Source of the DNA: Nitrosopumilus sp.
Lineage (GTDB): Archaea > Thermoproteota > Nitrososphaeria > Nitrososphaerales > Nitrosopumilaceae
Direction of reading: 5' to 3'
NCBI GenBank assembly: GCA_965204345.1
Contig: OZ241981.1
Span: 1,856,001-1,920,000 of the forward strand
Length of the DNA stretch: 64,000 nucleotides
The notes under the pieces were generated by a model. It did no database searches. It was not told the DNA's origin and saw nothing but the letters and a program-made list of their open reading frames with translations. Each line of letters opens with the position of its first letter. Position 1 is the first letter of the stretch. Of this stretch, positions 10,128-19,827 are shown piece by piece. The translations under genes were made by a program, and so were the position numbers.

Positions 10128-10322
10128 ATGACACAAGTCCCGATGACTCATTATGATAGTTCCGTTAAGAGGCCACGCTGCACAGCTTGCCTGTTGCCCA
10201 TACAATACCAGATGATTAAGGATGGCAAGTTTCTCTGGCAGTGCTTCAAGTGCGGCAAGCAGTATCTTGTCTCAAAAAATATGGATGATGCCGTGGAGGA
10301 GAGCTGGAGTCCGCCGCGATAA
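10128..10322 (+). CDS. Small Zn-ribbon protein
   Basis: CTAC...WQCFKCG pair. Confidence 0.6.
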   Translation: MTQVPMTHYDSSVKRPRCTACLLPIQYQMIKDGKFLWQCFKCGKQYLVSKNMDDAVEESWSPPR

Positions 10323-10549
10323 TGGATGCATCCGAATTAGATTCTTTAAAGTCTGAAAATAAGAGACTGCGAGACTATATCTCCCTAGTCTCAGCCGAGA
10401 TAGAACTATCCCAAAGGGCATACGAAATCAAGCAAAATTTTGCAGACGGTTCTCCTGATTCCAGGCGTCTAATTGTGCCTATCTTGGAGAGAATTGCCAA
10501 AATAAAATCAGAAAAATCTGTTTTGGAAAACGAACTAAATCTTGGTTAA
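10322..10549 (+). CDS. Small coiled-coil hypothetical protein
   Basis: 75-aa ORF; its start overlaps the upstream stop (TAATG). Confidence 0.65.
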   Translation: MDASELDSLKSENKRLRDYISLVSAEIELSQRAYEIKQNFADGSPDSRRLIVPILERIAKIKSEKSVLENELNLG

Positions 10550-10558
10550 TCTAAATGT

Positions 10559-10657
10559 CTATGTTGAGGTCTGGGTTATACAATCATTAGAACAAAACTC
10601 GCCCTTCATGCTGAGAAACTCCCTGCCACAATGTTTGCATTCTCTAATTGTTTGCAT
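10559..10657 (-). CDS. 32-aa Cys-rich metal-binding micro-protein (MQTIRECKHCGREFLSMKGEFCSNDCITQTST)
   Basis: CxxCG...FCSxxC pattern of TRASH/treble-clef type. Below the ORF-track length cutoff. Confidence 0.55.
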   Translation of the reverse strand: MQTIRECKHCGREFLSMKGEFCSNDCITQTST

Positions 10658-10788
10658 ATTATACTTGGCAGTTTATGACATAAAAGATCGATCATTTCTC
10701 TTAATATACTGCCAAGATATTTTCCTGCGATCAATATTTTTCATCCTTTTCACGATTGTTTAAATCAGGCAAAAACATAGAGTACGTC

Positions 10789-12117
10789 ATGGCTACTCAA
10801 ATGACTTCGGCTCGGCGAGGCGTTGCAACTGATGAAATGAAACAAGTGGCCAAGGATGAAGATGTCTCACTTGATTGGCTAATTCCAAAGATTGCAAAGG
10901 GCTCTGTCATTATTCCCAGCAACAACGTGAGGCCGCAAAAAATTCACAACGTTGGCATTGGCAACGGCCTGAAAACAAAGGTCAATGTAAACATTGGAAC
11001 CTCCACGTTAAACGTAAACATTGAGGAGGAAGTTGAAAAAGCAAAAGTTGCAATAAAATATCATGCAGATACCATAATGGATCTCAGCGATGGGGGAGAT
11101 GTCAAAAAAATCCGCAGGACTCTTTTGGATGTGGCACCCATTACTTTTGGAACCGTTCCAATCTATGAGGCATACAACTATGGCGTTGAGGTTCACAAAA
11201 ATCCCCTGAATCTGACTGAGGATGACTATATCAGGGCGTTTGAAAACAACGCAAAGGACGGAGTCGATTACACCACTGTTCACTGTGGGATTACAAAGGA
11301 TATTGCAAAGAGAATTCTCAAGGTTCAAAGATATGGCGGGGTCGTAAGCAAGGGCGGTACAATTACTGCTGCATGGATGCTAAAGCACGACAAGGAAAAT
11401 CCATACGTTACCCACTATGATTACATGATGGAAGTTGCCAAAAAATATGATGTGACATTTAGCCTTGGGGACGCACTAAGACCGGGCTCAATTTTAGACT
11501 CTCATGATGAATTGCAGGTCCAAGAGATGATCAACATATCTAGGCTAACCAAGCGTGCACACGAGCATGATGTTCAGGTTATGGTTGAAGGTCCGGGTCA
11601 TGTACCGCTAAATGAGGTTGCTGCAAATGTAAGATTGGCAAAATCCCTGATTGGCGATGTCCCATACTATGTTCTAGGTCCCCTGGTGACTGATATTGCA
11701 TCTGGCCATGATCATATTGCAAGTGCAATTGGTGCGGCAGTTTCTGCAAGCGAAGGCGTAGATCTCTTGTGTTACTTGACTCCTTCTGAGCATTTGGCAC
11801 TGCCAAACGCAGATGAGGTAAAATCCGGCTTGATAGCATATAGAATTGCAGCCCATGCAGGTGATCTTGTAAAAATTCGCGACAAGGTCATAAAGTGGGA
11901 CGTCCAAATGACTGAGGCTAGAAGGACACTGGATTGGGAAAGGCAGCTTGCTTTGTCAATTGATCCTGAGGAGGCAGCCAAAATTCACAGCAGAACCGGG
12001 CAACATCCTGGCAATAACGTGCCTTGTACCATGTGTGGCGGTGCATGCGTGTACATGATGCTGCCTCAGCAGAAAAAATATGATAAAGAAAATGAAAACC
12101 TACAACAGGCTGACTAG
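10789..12117 (+). CDS. thiC: Phosphomethylpyrimidine synthase
   Basis: KVNVNIGTS, DTIMDLS, SLGDALRPG, MVEGPGH, C-terminal CTMCGGAC Fe-S motif. Confidence 0.97.
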   Translation: MATQMTSARRGVATDEMKQVAKDEDVSLDWLIPKIAKGSVIIPSNNVRPQKIHNVGIGNGLKTKVNVNIGTSTLNVNIEEEVEKAKVAIKYHADTIMDLSDGGDVKKIRRTLLDVAPITFGTVPIYEAYNYGVEVHKNPLNLTEDDYIRAFENNAKDGVDYTTVHCGITKDIAKRILKVQRYGGVVSKGGTITAAWMLKHDKENPYVTHYDYMMEVAKKYDVTFSLGDALRPGSILDSHDELQVQEMINISRLTKRAHEHDVQVMVEGPGHVPLNEVAANVRLAKSLIGDVPYYVLGPLVTDIASGHDHIASAIGAAVSASEGVDLLCYLTPSEHLALPNADEVKSGLIAYRIAAHAGDLVKIRDKVIKWDVQMTEARRTLDWERQLALSIDPEEAAKIHSRTGQHPGNNVPCTMCGGACVYMMLPQQKKYDKENENLQQAD

Positions 12118-12510
12118 AATCTTTTCAAGGCTTGGAACTGTTTGATAATCTTTTAGCTCCTCTGTGCTGCCTATCCATCTAAAATCAGAGTTTTCCCAAT
12201 TTAGCCTGATTGTAGGATTTGCAGACTCGAACAGAAATGGGAATATCTCCCATTCGTGATTTTTGTATTGCGGGGAACTGACTTTCATCTCTTTTGCAGC
12301 CTTGCTTAGCGTAATTTGGTCCTCTGTTATGCCAACCTCTTCAAAAATCTCAATTTTTGCCCTTGAGAGTGGCTCCTCGTCGTTCTCTATGACCCCGCTG
12401 ACTCCTGCCCACAACCCCCTCATTGACCTTACTTTGTCACTTCGTCTTAGAATCAATATCTTGTCATTGTCCCTGATAAAGGATGTGACAATCTTCGTTG
12501 AGCGCAGCAT
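12100..12510 (-). CDS. NUDIX hydrolase
   Basis: GVIENDEEPLSRAKIEIFEEVG Nudix box; LNWEN. Confidence 0.88.
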   Translation of the reverse strand: MLRSTKIVTSFIRDNDKILILRRSDKVRSMRGLWAGVSGVIENDEEPLSRAKIEIFEEVGITEDQITLSKAAKEMKVSSPQYKNHEWEIFPFLFESANPTIRLNWENSDFRWIGSTEELKDYQTVPSLEKILVSLL

Positions 12511-12517
12511 TTTACTG

Positions 12518-13369
12518 CTACTTTTCGACTGCCTTTACCATTTTTGTCAGTTTTTTATATGACTCGCTTATGTCCGTATGCTTGCCTAGCCTTTCTTGGC
12601 ATTCTTTGATATAGTTTACCACCTCCTCGGTCTTTGACTCTTGGACTGATGTGAGCAATCTGCCGATATCCTTCCAAAGCTCCTCTGCCACTTTGCGAAT
12701 TTCTGGGTTTGCAATGATTGTCTCAATTAGTTCCGGGGATTCTGTCATGATGCTCTCTGCTAGTGTCTTTTGTACTCTAAAGGTGGTCCCTGACATTTTT
12801 TCTGTAAGGTTCATCTTTTCATCCTTTGAAATTATGCTTGCAAAAACCAAATTCATCAGATGTGTTAATCCTAAAATAACTGCAATTTTTTTGTCATGCT
12901 CTGCTGCATCAATTGTAACAAAGTTTGCCCCTGCAAACAGTGTCTTTGCAACTGTCAGCTCTTTTTTTGCATCTTTTATTGGGACTGAAATTATGTTTTG
13001 ACCCTTTATCGTCTTAATTCCCGGGCCAAACATTGGGTGTATGCAAATCGGATTTATTTTCGATGGCATCTTTGAGAGTGATGAGACTACCTTGGATTTT
13101 TCAGACGAAATTTCAATAAGGTATGTTCCGTGCTTCATCTCTTTTGCAATCAATCTTATTATTTCCGGGGTTCTCCGTGTGGGCGTACACAGTACCACGT
13201 AATCAGCCTTTAGTATTCCCCCCACTAGTGATTCTGTTACTATGACGTCTTTTTTTGAAACCTTGTTCTCCGGATCATAGCCTGTCACTTCAAATCCGTT
13301 ACCTGCAAAGTATTTTGAAAACCATTGTCCCATCTGACCCCCTGCACCGACTATTGTGATCTTTTTCAT
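12518..13369 (-). CDS. tyrA: Prephenate/arogenate dehydrogenase
   Basis: GAGGQMG Rossmann motif, HPMFGP, EHDK...GLTH. Confidence 0.93.
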   Translation of the reverse strand: MKKITIVGAGGQMGQWFSKYFAGNGFEVTGYDPENKVSKKDVIVTESLVGGILKADYVVLCTPTRRTPEIIRLIAKEMKHGTYLIEISSEKSKVVSSLSKMPSKINPICIHPMFGPGIKTIKGQNIISVPIKDAKKELTVAKTLFAGANFVTIDAAEHDKKIAVILGLTHLMNLVFASIISKDEKMNLTEKMSGTTFRVQKTLAESIMTESPELIETIIANPEIRKVAEELWKDIGRLLTSVQESKTEEVVNYIKECQERLGKHTDISESYKKLTKMVKAVEK

Positions 13370-14736
13370 TGCTTCTCACTCATCATGCTGCCTAGTATGC
13401 TCATTCCTTCCATCAATTTATTCTCATCCTGACATGCTGAAATCCTGATAAACTTTTTGTAATCTCCAAATCCTTCCCCCGGTGCCACTGCCAGTCCTTT
13501 CTCTAATGCGCTGTTGGCAAATTCTACCCCGTCAAATCCCTCCTGGTTAATTCTTGCAAAAAGATACATCGCCCCGTCTGGAACGACAAAATCCAAGCCC
13601 ATTTTAGCTGCTTTTTGCATCAACACATCTAGTCTGTTTTGTACCGTATTAGTATTATTGGTTGTGTCTGCCTCTAGGGCCCTCATGGCTATGTATTGGA
13701 TTGGTTCTGAAACACTTGTAAGGCATAATGCCCCTAATTTTGCCATTTTTTCAATAATTCCCTGGTCTGCTATGCCGTATCCCACCCTGAATCCTGTCAT
13801 GGCATGGGATTTTGAAAATGACTGGGTAACTATGCTTTTTTCATAGTTATAGCTTAGAATGCTCTTCCATCTGGTCTTTGCATACTGTGAATAAATCTCG
13901 TCACTTAGTATGTAGAGGTCGTTTTCCCTTGCCAGCCTGACAATCTCGTCTTGTGTTTTTTCACCTAGGATTTTTCCTGTTGGGTTGTTTGGATAGTTTA
14001 ACACGATCATTTTCGTATTTGAATTAACTGCATTTTTGATCTGCCCTATTGACGGTTCCCACTCTTTCTCAAGAGTCGTGCTGACGGTTCTTACCTTGAC
14101 TCCTGAATTTAATGCGCAGTCTTTGTATGCAGGCCATGCCGGCTCAATTACAATCATTTCATCACCTGGATTCAAGAGCGTCGTAATTGCAGCAAAGATT
14201 GAAAACCTTGCCCCCGGACTGACAATAATGTTGTCTTGGCTGATATCTGCATCAAATTTTTTGGATGTGTATTTTGCAAGTGCATCCCTGAATTCCGGCA
14301 TCCCCTTTGCCTGGCCATACTTTAAAAATCCCTTCTCAAAAACTTCCCCTAGCGCTTTTTTTACATTTTCTGGGGGCAAGAAATCCGGCTCTCCTACCTC
14401 CATGTGGATGATCTTTTTTCCTTGCGCCTCAAGTGATTTTGCCTTTGAGAAAACTGATAGGTGTGTCTGCTTGTTTGCTGACTGAACTTTGATTGATTCA
14501 TTTAGCAGAAAATTTAAAAATTTTGTAGCAATCGCCTCTTCCAGTCCTATTTTGTTGCACAGTGAAATCACTTTTGCACGCAAGTTATCTTCCCTTGTCT
14601 CATCTGTTATTCCCTTGCCGATATTTTTTTTGACCTTTCCTATCTCTTTTGCAATCTCTGTTCTTGTTTTTAGCAGCTCCATCATGCTCAGAGTAACCTC
14701 CTCCATCCTGTCTCGAAGATCATCAATGTCTGCCAT
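13366..14736 (-). CDS. Chorismate mutase / class I aminotransferase fusion
   Basis: N-terminal CM type II (LRDRM...IGKVKK...DETRE). PLP domain has NYPNNPTG, SDEIY, SFSKSHAMTGFRVG. Confidence 0.92.
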   Translation of the reverse strand: MADIDDLRDRMEEVTLSMMELLKTRTEIAKEIGKVKKNIGKGITDETREDNLRAKVISLCNKIGLEEAIATKFLNFLLNESIKVQSANKQTHLSVFSKAKSLEAQGKKIIHMEVGEPDFLPPENVKKALGEVFEKGFLKYGQAKGMPEFRDALAKYTSKKFDADISQDNIIVSPGARFSIFAAITTLLNPGDEMIVIEPAWPAYKDCALNSGVKVRTVSTTLEKEWEPSIGQIKNAVNSNTKMIVLNYPNNPTGKILGEKTQDEIVRLARENDLYILSDEIYSQYAKTRWKSILSYNYEKSIVTQSFSKSHAMTGFRVGYGIADQGIIEKMAKLGALCLTSVSEPIQYIAMRALEADTTNNTNTVQNRLDVLMQKAAKMGLDFVVPDGAMYLFARINQEGFDGVEFANSALEKGLAVAPGEGFGDYKKFIRISACQDENKLMEGMSILGSMMSEKQ

Positions 14737-14740
14737 TTTC

Positions 14741-15838
14741 TTACAGTGTCGGCTTTATTGCCCCTGAAAGGAGTGCATGGTCTGCTATGGTCAGTGCCAC
14801 AAGGGAGTCTACCACCGGTGGTGCCCTTGGCACTACGCACGGATCATGCCTGCCTTTGACCTGAAGGACTGCCTCTTTTTTGGTCTTGATATCTACAGTC
14901 TTTTGTTTTTGCGCAATTGATGATGCCGGCTTGAATGCGACCCTCATCGTAATTGGCATGCCGTTGGAAATTCCCCCCAAAATTCCCCCGGACCTGTTTG
15001 TTTCTGTTATTATTTTTCCTTTCCTTATTGCGTACAGGTCATTATTTTCTGAGCCGTAAAGCTCTGATCCCCTAAAACCTGAACCAAACTCAACTCCTTT
15101 TACTGACGGAATTGAAAAGATTGCCTTGCTCAAATCTGATTCCAATGAGCTGAAAATCGGTTCTCCTAGCCCTACTGGCACATTGGTTGTTACTGATTCA
15201 ATTATTCCCCCTAGCGAGTCTCCCATCTTTTTTGCATCTAGGATATCTGCCCTCATTATTTGTGCTGTTTTGTTCTCAGGGCATCTTACCTCGTTCTTGT
15301 AAATAGAACCAATCATATCTTCACTGAATTCTCCTTGCATCTTTGTTTTTCCAATCTGTGCTGTAAATGAATTCGTCTCAATACCAAGTGTGACTCTGAG
15401 CAGCTTTCTTGCAATGGCCCCGCCCATCACATGGGTTGCCGTCAGTCTCCCTGAAAACCTGCCTCCTCCCCTGTGATCATTGTAATGGTTGTATTTTGTC
15501 ATGGCCGGATAGTCTGAGTGCCCCGGTCTTAGTTTTGTTTTCAAATTCTCATAATCCCTTGATTTTTGATCACTATTGCAAACTATCATTGTAATTGGCG
15601 CACCTGTGGTATGGCCCCTGAATATTCCTGAAACAATCTCAACTACGTCTCCCTCCTTTCTCTGAGTTGAGATCATGTTTTGTCCTGGCCTTCTAAGGTC
15701 TAGCATCTTTTGAATATCTTTTTCATTTATCTCTAGTCCTGCAGGGCATCCGTCTAGTACTGCACCAATTGATCTTCCATGACTCTCACCAAAACTTGTC
15801 AATACAAGACGCTGACCAATAGAACTTCCCGGCAACAC
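14741..15838 (-). CDS. aroC: Chorismate synthase
   Basis: GESHG, RPGHSD, RGGGRFSGR, GRHDPCV. Confidence 0.97.
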   Translation of the reverse strand: MLPGSSIGQRLVLTSFGESHGRSIGAVLDGCPAGLEINEKDIQKMLDLRRPGQNMISTQRKEGDVVEIVSGIFRGHTTGAPITMIVCNSDQKSRDYENLKTKLRPGHSDYPAMTKYNHYNDHRGGGRFSGRLTATHVMGGAIARKLLRVTLGIETNSFTAQIGKTKMQGEFSEDMIGSIYKNEVRCPENKTAQIMRADILDAKKMGDSLGGIIESVTTNVPVGLGEPIFSSLESDLSKAIFSIPSVKGVEFGSGFRGSELYGSENNDLYAIRKGKIITETNRSGGILGGISNGMPITMRVAFKPASSIAQKQKTVDIKTKKEAVLQVKGRHDPCVVPRAPPVVDSLVALTIADHALLSGAIKPTL

Positions 15839-16006
15839 ACTATCAAAGCTAATCGATGTTTATAATTCCTCATTCTGAACTTTTTTAAAAATTATTTTGA
15901 TGTTTTTCATTATATTTTAACATCTGTTTAAAAATTATGGTATTATTAAATATTATTTGTAATAATTATAATATCTTCTTAAATATCTTAATTGCGTATG
16001 TAATGT

Positions 16007-16149
16007 GTGCAAAATCACGCAAGTACTAACAAATGATTTGCACGGCTCTGTGAAAAGTGGCAGGTTAGCATGCCAAGGCATGTGAGTGAGGAGGTTCTCT
16101 TTGCTCCATCACAGGGTTTACACTTTGATAGCTTGAATATTTTTTTTTT
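16007..16149 (+). ncRNA. Candidate structured small RNA in the aroA-aroC gap
   Basis: Four helices. The G-U pairs in three of them work only on the + strand. AT-rich upstream region and a T10 run at 16140-16149. Confidence 0.3.
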
Positions 16150-16158
16150 GAAGACTGT

Positions 16159-17427
16159 TTATACAATCTGGATTTTTGCGCCAATGCGGCTCATCTCTTC
16201 TATGAAATTTGGATATGATACCTTGACTGATTGAGGATCCGTCACCGTACAGTCTCCTATGTGCATTCCTGCAATGCAAAAGGCCATGAACAGTCTGTGG
16301 TCCTCCTCTGAGTTCAGATTTGCCCCTGACAGTCTTTCTGCGGGGTTTAGTATTAATCCGTCTTCTTTCTCCTGTATGATGATTCCAAGTTTTGATAGCT
16401 CCCTTGATATGATTGCAATTCTGTCTGTCTCCTTTAGTCTTGCATGCCTTACATTGAATATCTCAATTGGTTTTGTCGTGTTTAGTGCCAAGATTGCAAG
16501 AGGCGGAAGCAGGTCCGGGGAGTTGCTTAGATCAAATCTCCCGCCTGTCAGTTTTTTTGTTGATTTTACTGTTATCTCATCCTCTTCTATTGAGATGCCG
16601 ACTCCCATCTGTTCTAGGATGTCTATAAAGACCTCGTCGCCTTGAGGCAGGCTGCCTATGCTTCCCTTGATGGTTACATTCTCTCCGTTTAGTACCGCAG
16701 CTGAGAGAAGCAGTGCAAGACTTGAAAAATCAATTGGGACTGCAAACGCTGATTCTTTGTAGATTTGCGGTGCTATGCTGTATGTTTTGTATGGGATTAA
16801 TGTCTGTACTGTCGCGCCAAACTTTCTCATTGTAGCTATAGTTGCATCCAGATATGGCTTTGAAACTAGGTTTCCTTCAATGCTAAGATTGATTCCTTTC
16901 TCTGTAAGCGGCGCACTAATCATCAGTGCTGAGATAAATTGGCTGGAAAAATTGCCTGGAATTTTTACATCCCCGCCCGTAATTTTTCCCCTGATTTTGA
17001 TTGGAGGCTTGCCATCAGTTGACTCGCATTGTGCTCCCATGCTTGAGAGTGCGTCTAGGAGCGGCTGCATTGGTCTTTTTTGCAGGCTAGAGTCCCCCGT
17101 CAGAGTTATCTCCTCTGAGTACAAACTTGCAATCCCTGCTGCTATCCTGATTGTGGTCCCTGAATTTTCCGTGTTAATTTCAGGCACTTTTGTGCCTATT
17201 CTTATCGGATTTTTGACAGTGATTGACGAATCCCTAATCTCAATGTCTGCCCCAAATTTCTTACATGCATTGATTGTGGCAGCCGTATCTGCTGACAGCA
17301 GTACATTTTCCACCGTGCTGTTTCCTCCGGCAAGCGATGCCAGGAAAATTGCCCTGTGCGTGTAACTCTTGTTTGACGGGCAGGCTATCTGGCCTGAGAT
17401 CCTTGACTTTTGAATCTTACACTTCAT
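16159..17427 (-). CDS. aroA: EPSP synthase
   Basis: KSYTHRA, ENSGTTIR, SSQFISAL, RLKETDR, DHR. Confidence 0.97.
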   Translation of the reverse strand: MKCKIQKSRISGQIACPSNKSYTHRAIFLASLAGGNSTVENVLLSADTAATINACKKFGADIEIRDSSITVKNPIRIGTKVPEINTENSGTTIRIAAGIASLYSEEITLTGDSSLQKRPMQPLLDALSSMGAQCESTDGKPPIKIRGKITGGDVKIPGNFSSQFISALMISAPLTEKGINLSIEGNLVSKPYLDATIATMRKFGATVQTLIPYKTYSIAPQIYKESAFAVPIDFSSLALLLSAAVLNGENVTIKGSIGSLPQGDEVFIDILEQMGVGISIEEDEITVKSTKKLTGGRFDLSNSPDLLPPLAILALNTTKPIEIFNVRHARLKETDRIAIISRELSKLGIIIQEKEDGLILNPAERLSGANLNSEEDHRLFMAFCIAGMHIGDCTVTDPQSVKVSYPNFIEEMSRIGAKIQIV

Positions 17428-18271
17428 GAACTTCTGCCTTTTTGTTGCTAATCCCTGAAACAATTACGTCTCCCTCTAGTGATGAAAATACTTTTTTGAC
17501 GGCAGCCTCGCTCTCTTTTTTTGCTATTGCCGCAATCGATGGGCCGTTTCCAGACACTGATGCGCCTAGCGCCCCCTTTTCAACTAGTTCTGCAATGATT
17601 TTAGGATCTGAATTTAAAATTGATGCAGTTGCCAGTCCGTTAATTGTCATTGCCTCCCAGTAGTTTGCTTTTCTTGCAAGCTCCCATGCGCTTTCAAAGA
17701 CTGTTGATAGTATCTTGAGCTTTTTTAAATTTCCCCTCTTTCTATTTTTTGGAATAAATATTACTGCAACAAGATTTGCTGGTCCCTCCTCCCACTGAAC
17801 CCTCTTCTTCTTTGCATTGTCTGTCACGTTGAATCCCCCATAGTAACAGGAACACGCATCATCATATGCTCCTGTAATGCTGACTTTGGACTCTATTGAC
17901 GCATCCACACCTGTCAGCAGTATCTGCTGATCTGTTAATTTTGGTCTGAATACCTTTGCACATGCAAGAGCTACGGCAGATGATATTGCACTTGAGCTTT
18001 TTAATCCGTACCCCGTCGGGATTTCCGAGTCAAGCGTAACTGTTATCTTGTTTTGTCCCAAATCCCTTTTTGAAACAATCTTTTCAACTGTCTTGTTGAT
18101 TAATCTGGAACTGAGGCTCTTGTTTTCAGACCGAATTGAGATTCCTTTGCCCGGGCTGCTCTCTACTGTTGCCTCTACCCTTAGTGATATGCCCAAAGTT
18201 GCCCCCTTTTGGTTGGCAATTGCATTGACTATTGATACTGCCCCGTGTACTGTAGCCGTTGCCTTTGCCAT
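17417..18271 (-). CDS. aroK: Archaeal (GHMP-type) shikimate kinase
   Basis: IPTGYGLKSSSA, ITGAYDDA, SGNGPS. Confidence 0.95.
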   Translation of the reverse strand: MAKATATVHGAVSIVNAIANQKGATLGISLRVEATVESSPGKGISIRSENKSLSSRLINKTVEKIVSKRDLGQNKITVTLDSEIPTGYGLKSSSAISSAVALACAKVFRPKLTDQQILLTGVDASIESKVSITGAYDDACSCYYGGFNVTDNAKKKRVQWEEGPANLVAVIFIPKNRKRGNLKKLKILSTVFESAWELARKANYWEAMTINGLATASILNSDPKIIAELVEKGALGASVSGNGPSIAAIAKKESEAAVKKVFSSLEGDVIVSGISNKKAEVHEV

Positions 18272-19108
18272 TTAAAATCCCCCCAGCAGTGCTTTTTTCA
18301 TGGCATTATAAGGTGCTTTTATGCCATGCCAAATCTCAAAAGCTCCGGCTGCCTGGCCTAGCAGCATCTCATATCCGTAAATAATTGTCGCGTCTCTCTC
18401 TTTGGCCTTTTTGATAAAATCCGTATTCATTGGCATGTACACAATATCATAGACAACGGTTTCTTCCTTAATGTCCTCCAAATCAATTATGGTTGTCTCA
18501 TTTTTGAGGCCTATTGGAGTTGCATTGACAATGATGTCATAATCCCTTACTGTACCTACAGACTCTATTGCCGCAGATGCTGCAGCCAATCCGACTGTAT
18601 TTGCAAATTCTGCAAGCTCGTCTGCTTTTTGCAATGTCCTGTTTGCAATGGTTATTGTCTCTGCCTTCTCTTTGGCAAATCCTGCAACGATAGCTCTTGC
18701 GGCCCCTCCTGCACCAATCAGCAAAACACTGGCATCTTTTATCCCAAGTTCCCTTCTCTTAAATGGCTCTAAAAACCCGTCCATGTCAGTATTGTATCCC
18801 TTTAGGACTCCGTTCTCATTTGATACCGTGTTTACTGCCCCAATCAGGCTGCATGACTCGTCTGTTTTGTCCAGGTACCTCATCATCTCTATTTTGTGCG
18901 GGATGGTAATGTTGAATCCGTCGATTTTTATTTTTTTTAGTCCTCTGATGCCCTCTTCTAGCTCACCTTTTGGAATTCTGTATGCAATGTATGAAGAGTC
19001 CAAATTCATTTCTCTGAATGCCGCACTGTGGATGTTTGGAGACAGTGAATGATCAATAGGATCACCAATTACTGCAAATGACTTGCTCATCTTACTTTTC
19101 TGAGTCAT
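18272..19108 (-). CDS. aroE: Shikimate dehydrogenase
   Basis: HSLSP, NITIPHK, GAVNT, NTD, GAGGAA. Confidence 0.96.
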   Translation of the reverse strand: MTQKSKMSKSFAVIGDPIDHSLSPNIHSAAFREMNLDSSYIAYRIPKGELEEGIRGLKKIKIDGFNITIPHKIEMMRYLDKTDESCSLIGAVNTVSNENGVLKGYNTDMDGFLEPFKRRELGIKDASVLLIGAGGAARAIVAGFAKEKAETITIANRTLQKADELAEFANTVGLAAASAAIESVGTVRDYDIIVNATPIGLKNETTIIDLEDIKEETVVYDIVYMPMNTDFIKKAKERDATIIYGYEMLLGQAAGAFEIWHGIKAPYNAMKKALLGGF

Positions 19109-19140
19109 ATGATTGATTTAAACTCTCAAGTCTGCCCTTG

Positions 19141-19827
19141 CTACTTTTTTTTTCTCAAGCCTGTGATTTTTTTGACCTCATCTACGCTGAACTGCCCTGG
19201 TGCAACTGCTTTTCCCAACGATACATAGGTGTACGGACTTCCCAAGTACAGGCACAAAATTCTTGAAACTCTTCCAAAATCCCCCATGGCAAACGCAATC
19301 AGGGTGCTGATCTCCTTCCTTCCAATTTTGCCATACAATTCTAACATTCTAGTTGAATCATCAGTTGATCTTGCAGTACATACAATCTTGATGTTTGGCG
19401 AGAACCTGCCCATCTGATTCATCTTCATTTTTAATTCTGTGGATTTTGGGGTCTTTTTGAAATCATGCCATGATACTAGCAGCTTGGTCTTTGCTGATTT
19501 CAAATATCTTGCCAAGTCTGAATTTCTCCTCAACGTGTTAAATTCAACATCTAGCAGAAATGGATCATACTCTGCAACCAGTTTCAGAATTGCAACCCGC
19601 TCCTTTTCGCTGCCTGCAAACCTTCCCCCCTCCGTTTTTGGCCTTAGCGTGCATACGGTTCTGCCAAGATCCTTTTTGATCATCTCCAATGTCTCTGGAA
19701 TGTGTTTGGTCCTTAGGAAATCAAATCTGACTTCTGCAAAATCCGATTTTGCCAATGCGGCTTTTAGTGTCTTTTTGGTTCTTGCAGGTGTTGTCTCTGC
19801 TATTGACACGCATGTTTTGTATTTCAT
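19141..19827 (-). CDS. aroD: Type I 3-dehydroquinate dehydratase
   Basis: EVRFD, SWHDF, FAMG...SR, APGQ. Confidence 0.95.
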   Translation of the reverse strand: MKYKTCVSIAETTPARTKKTLKAALAKSDFAEVRFDFLRTKHIPETLEMIKKDLGRTVCTLRPKTEGGRFAGSEKERVAILKLVAEYDPFLLDVEFNTLRRNSDLARYLKSAKTKLLVSWHDFKKTPKSTELKMKMNQMGRFSPNIKIVCTARSTDDSTRMLELYGKIGRKEISTLIAFAMGDFGRVSRILCLYLGSPYTYVSLGKAVAPGQFSVDEVKKITGLRKKK

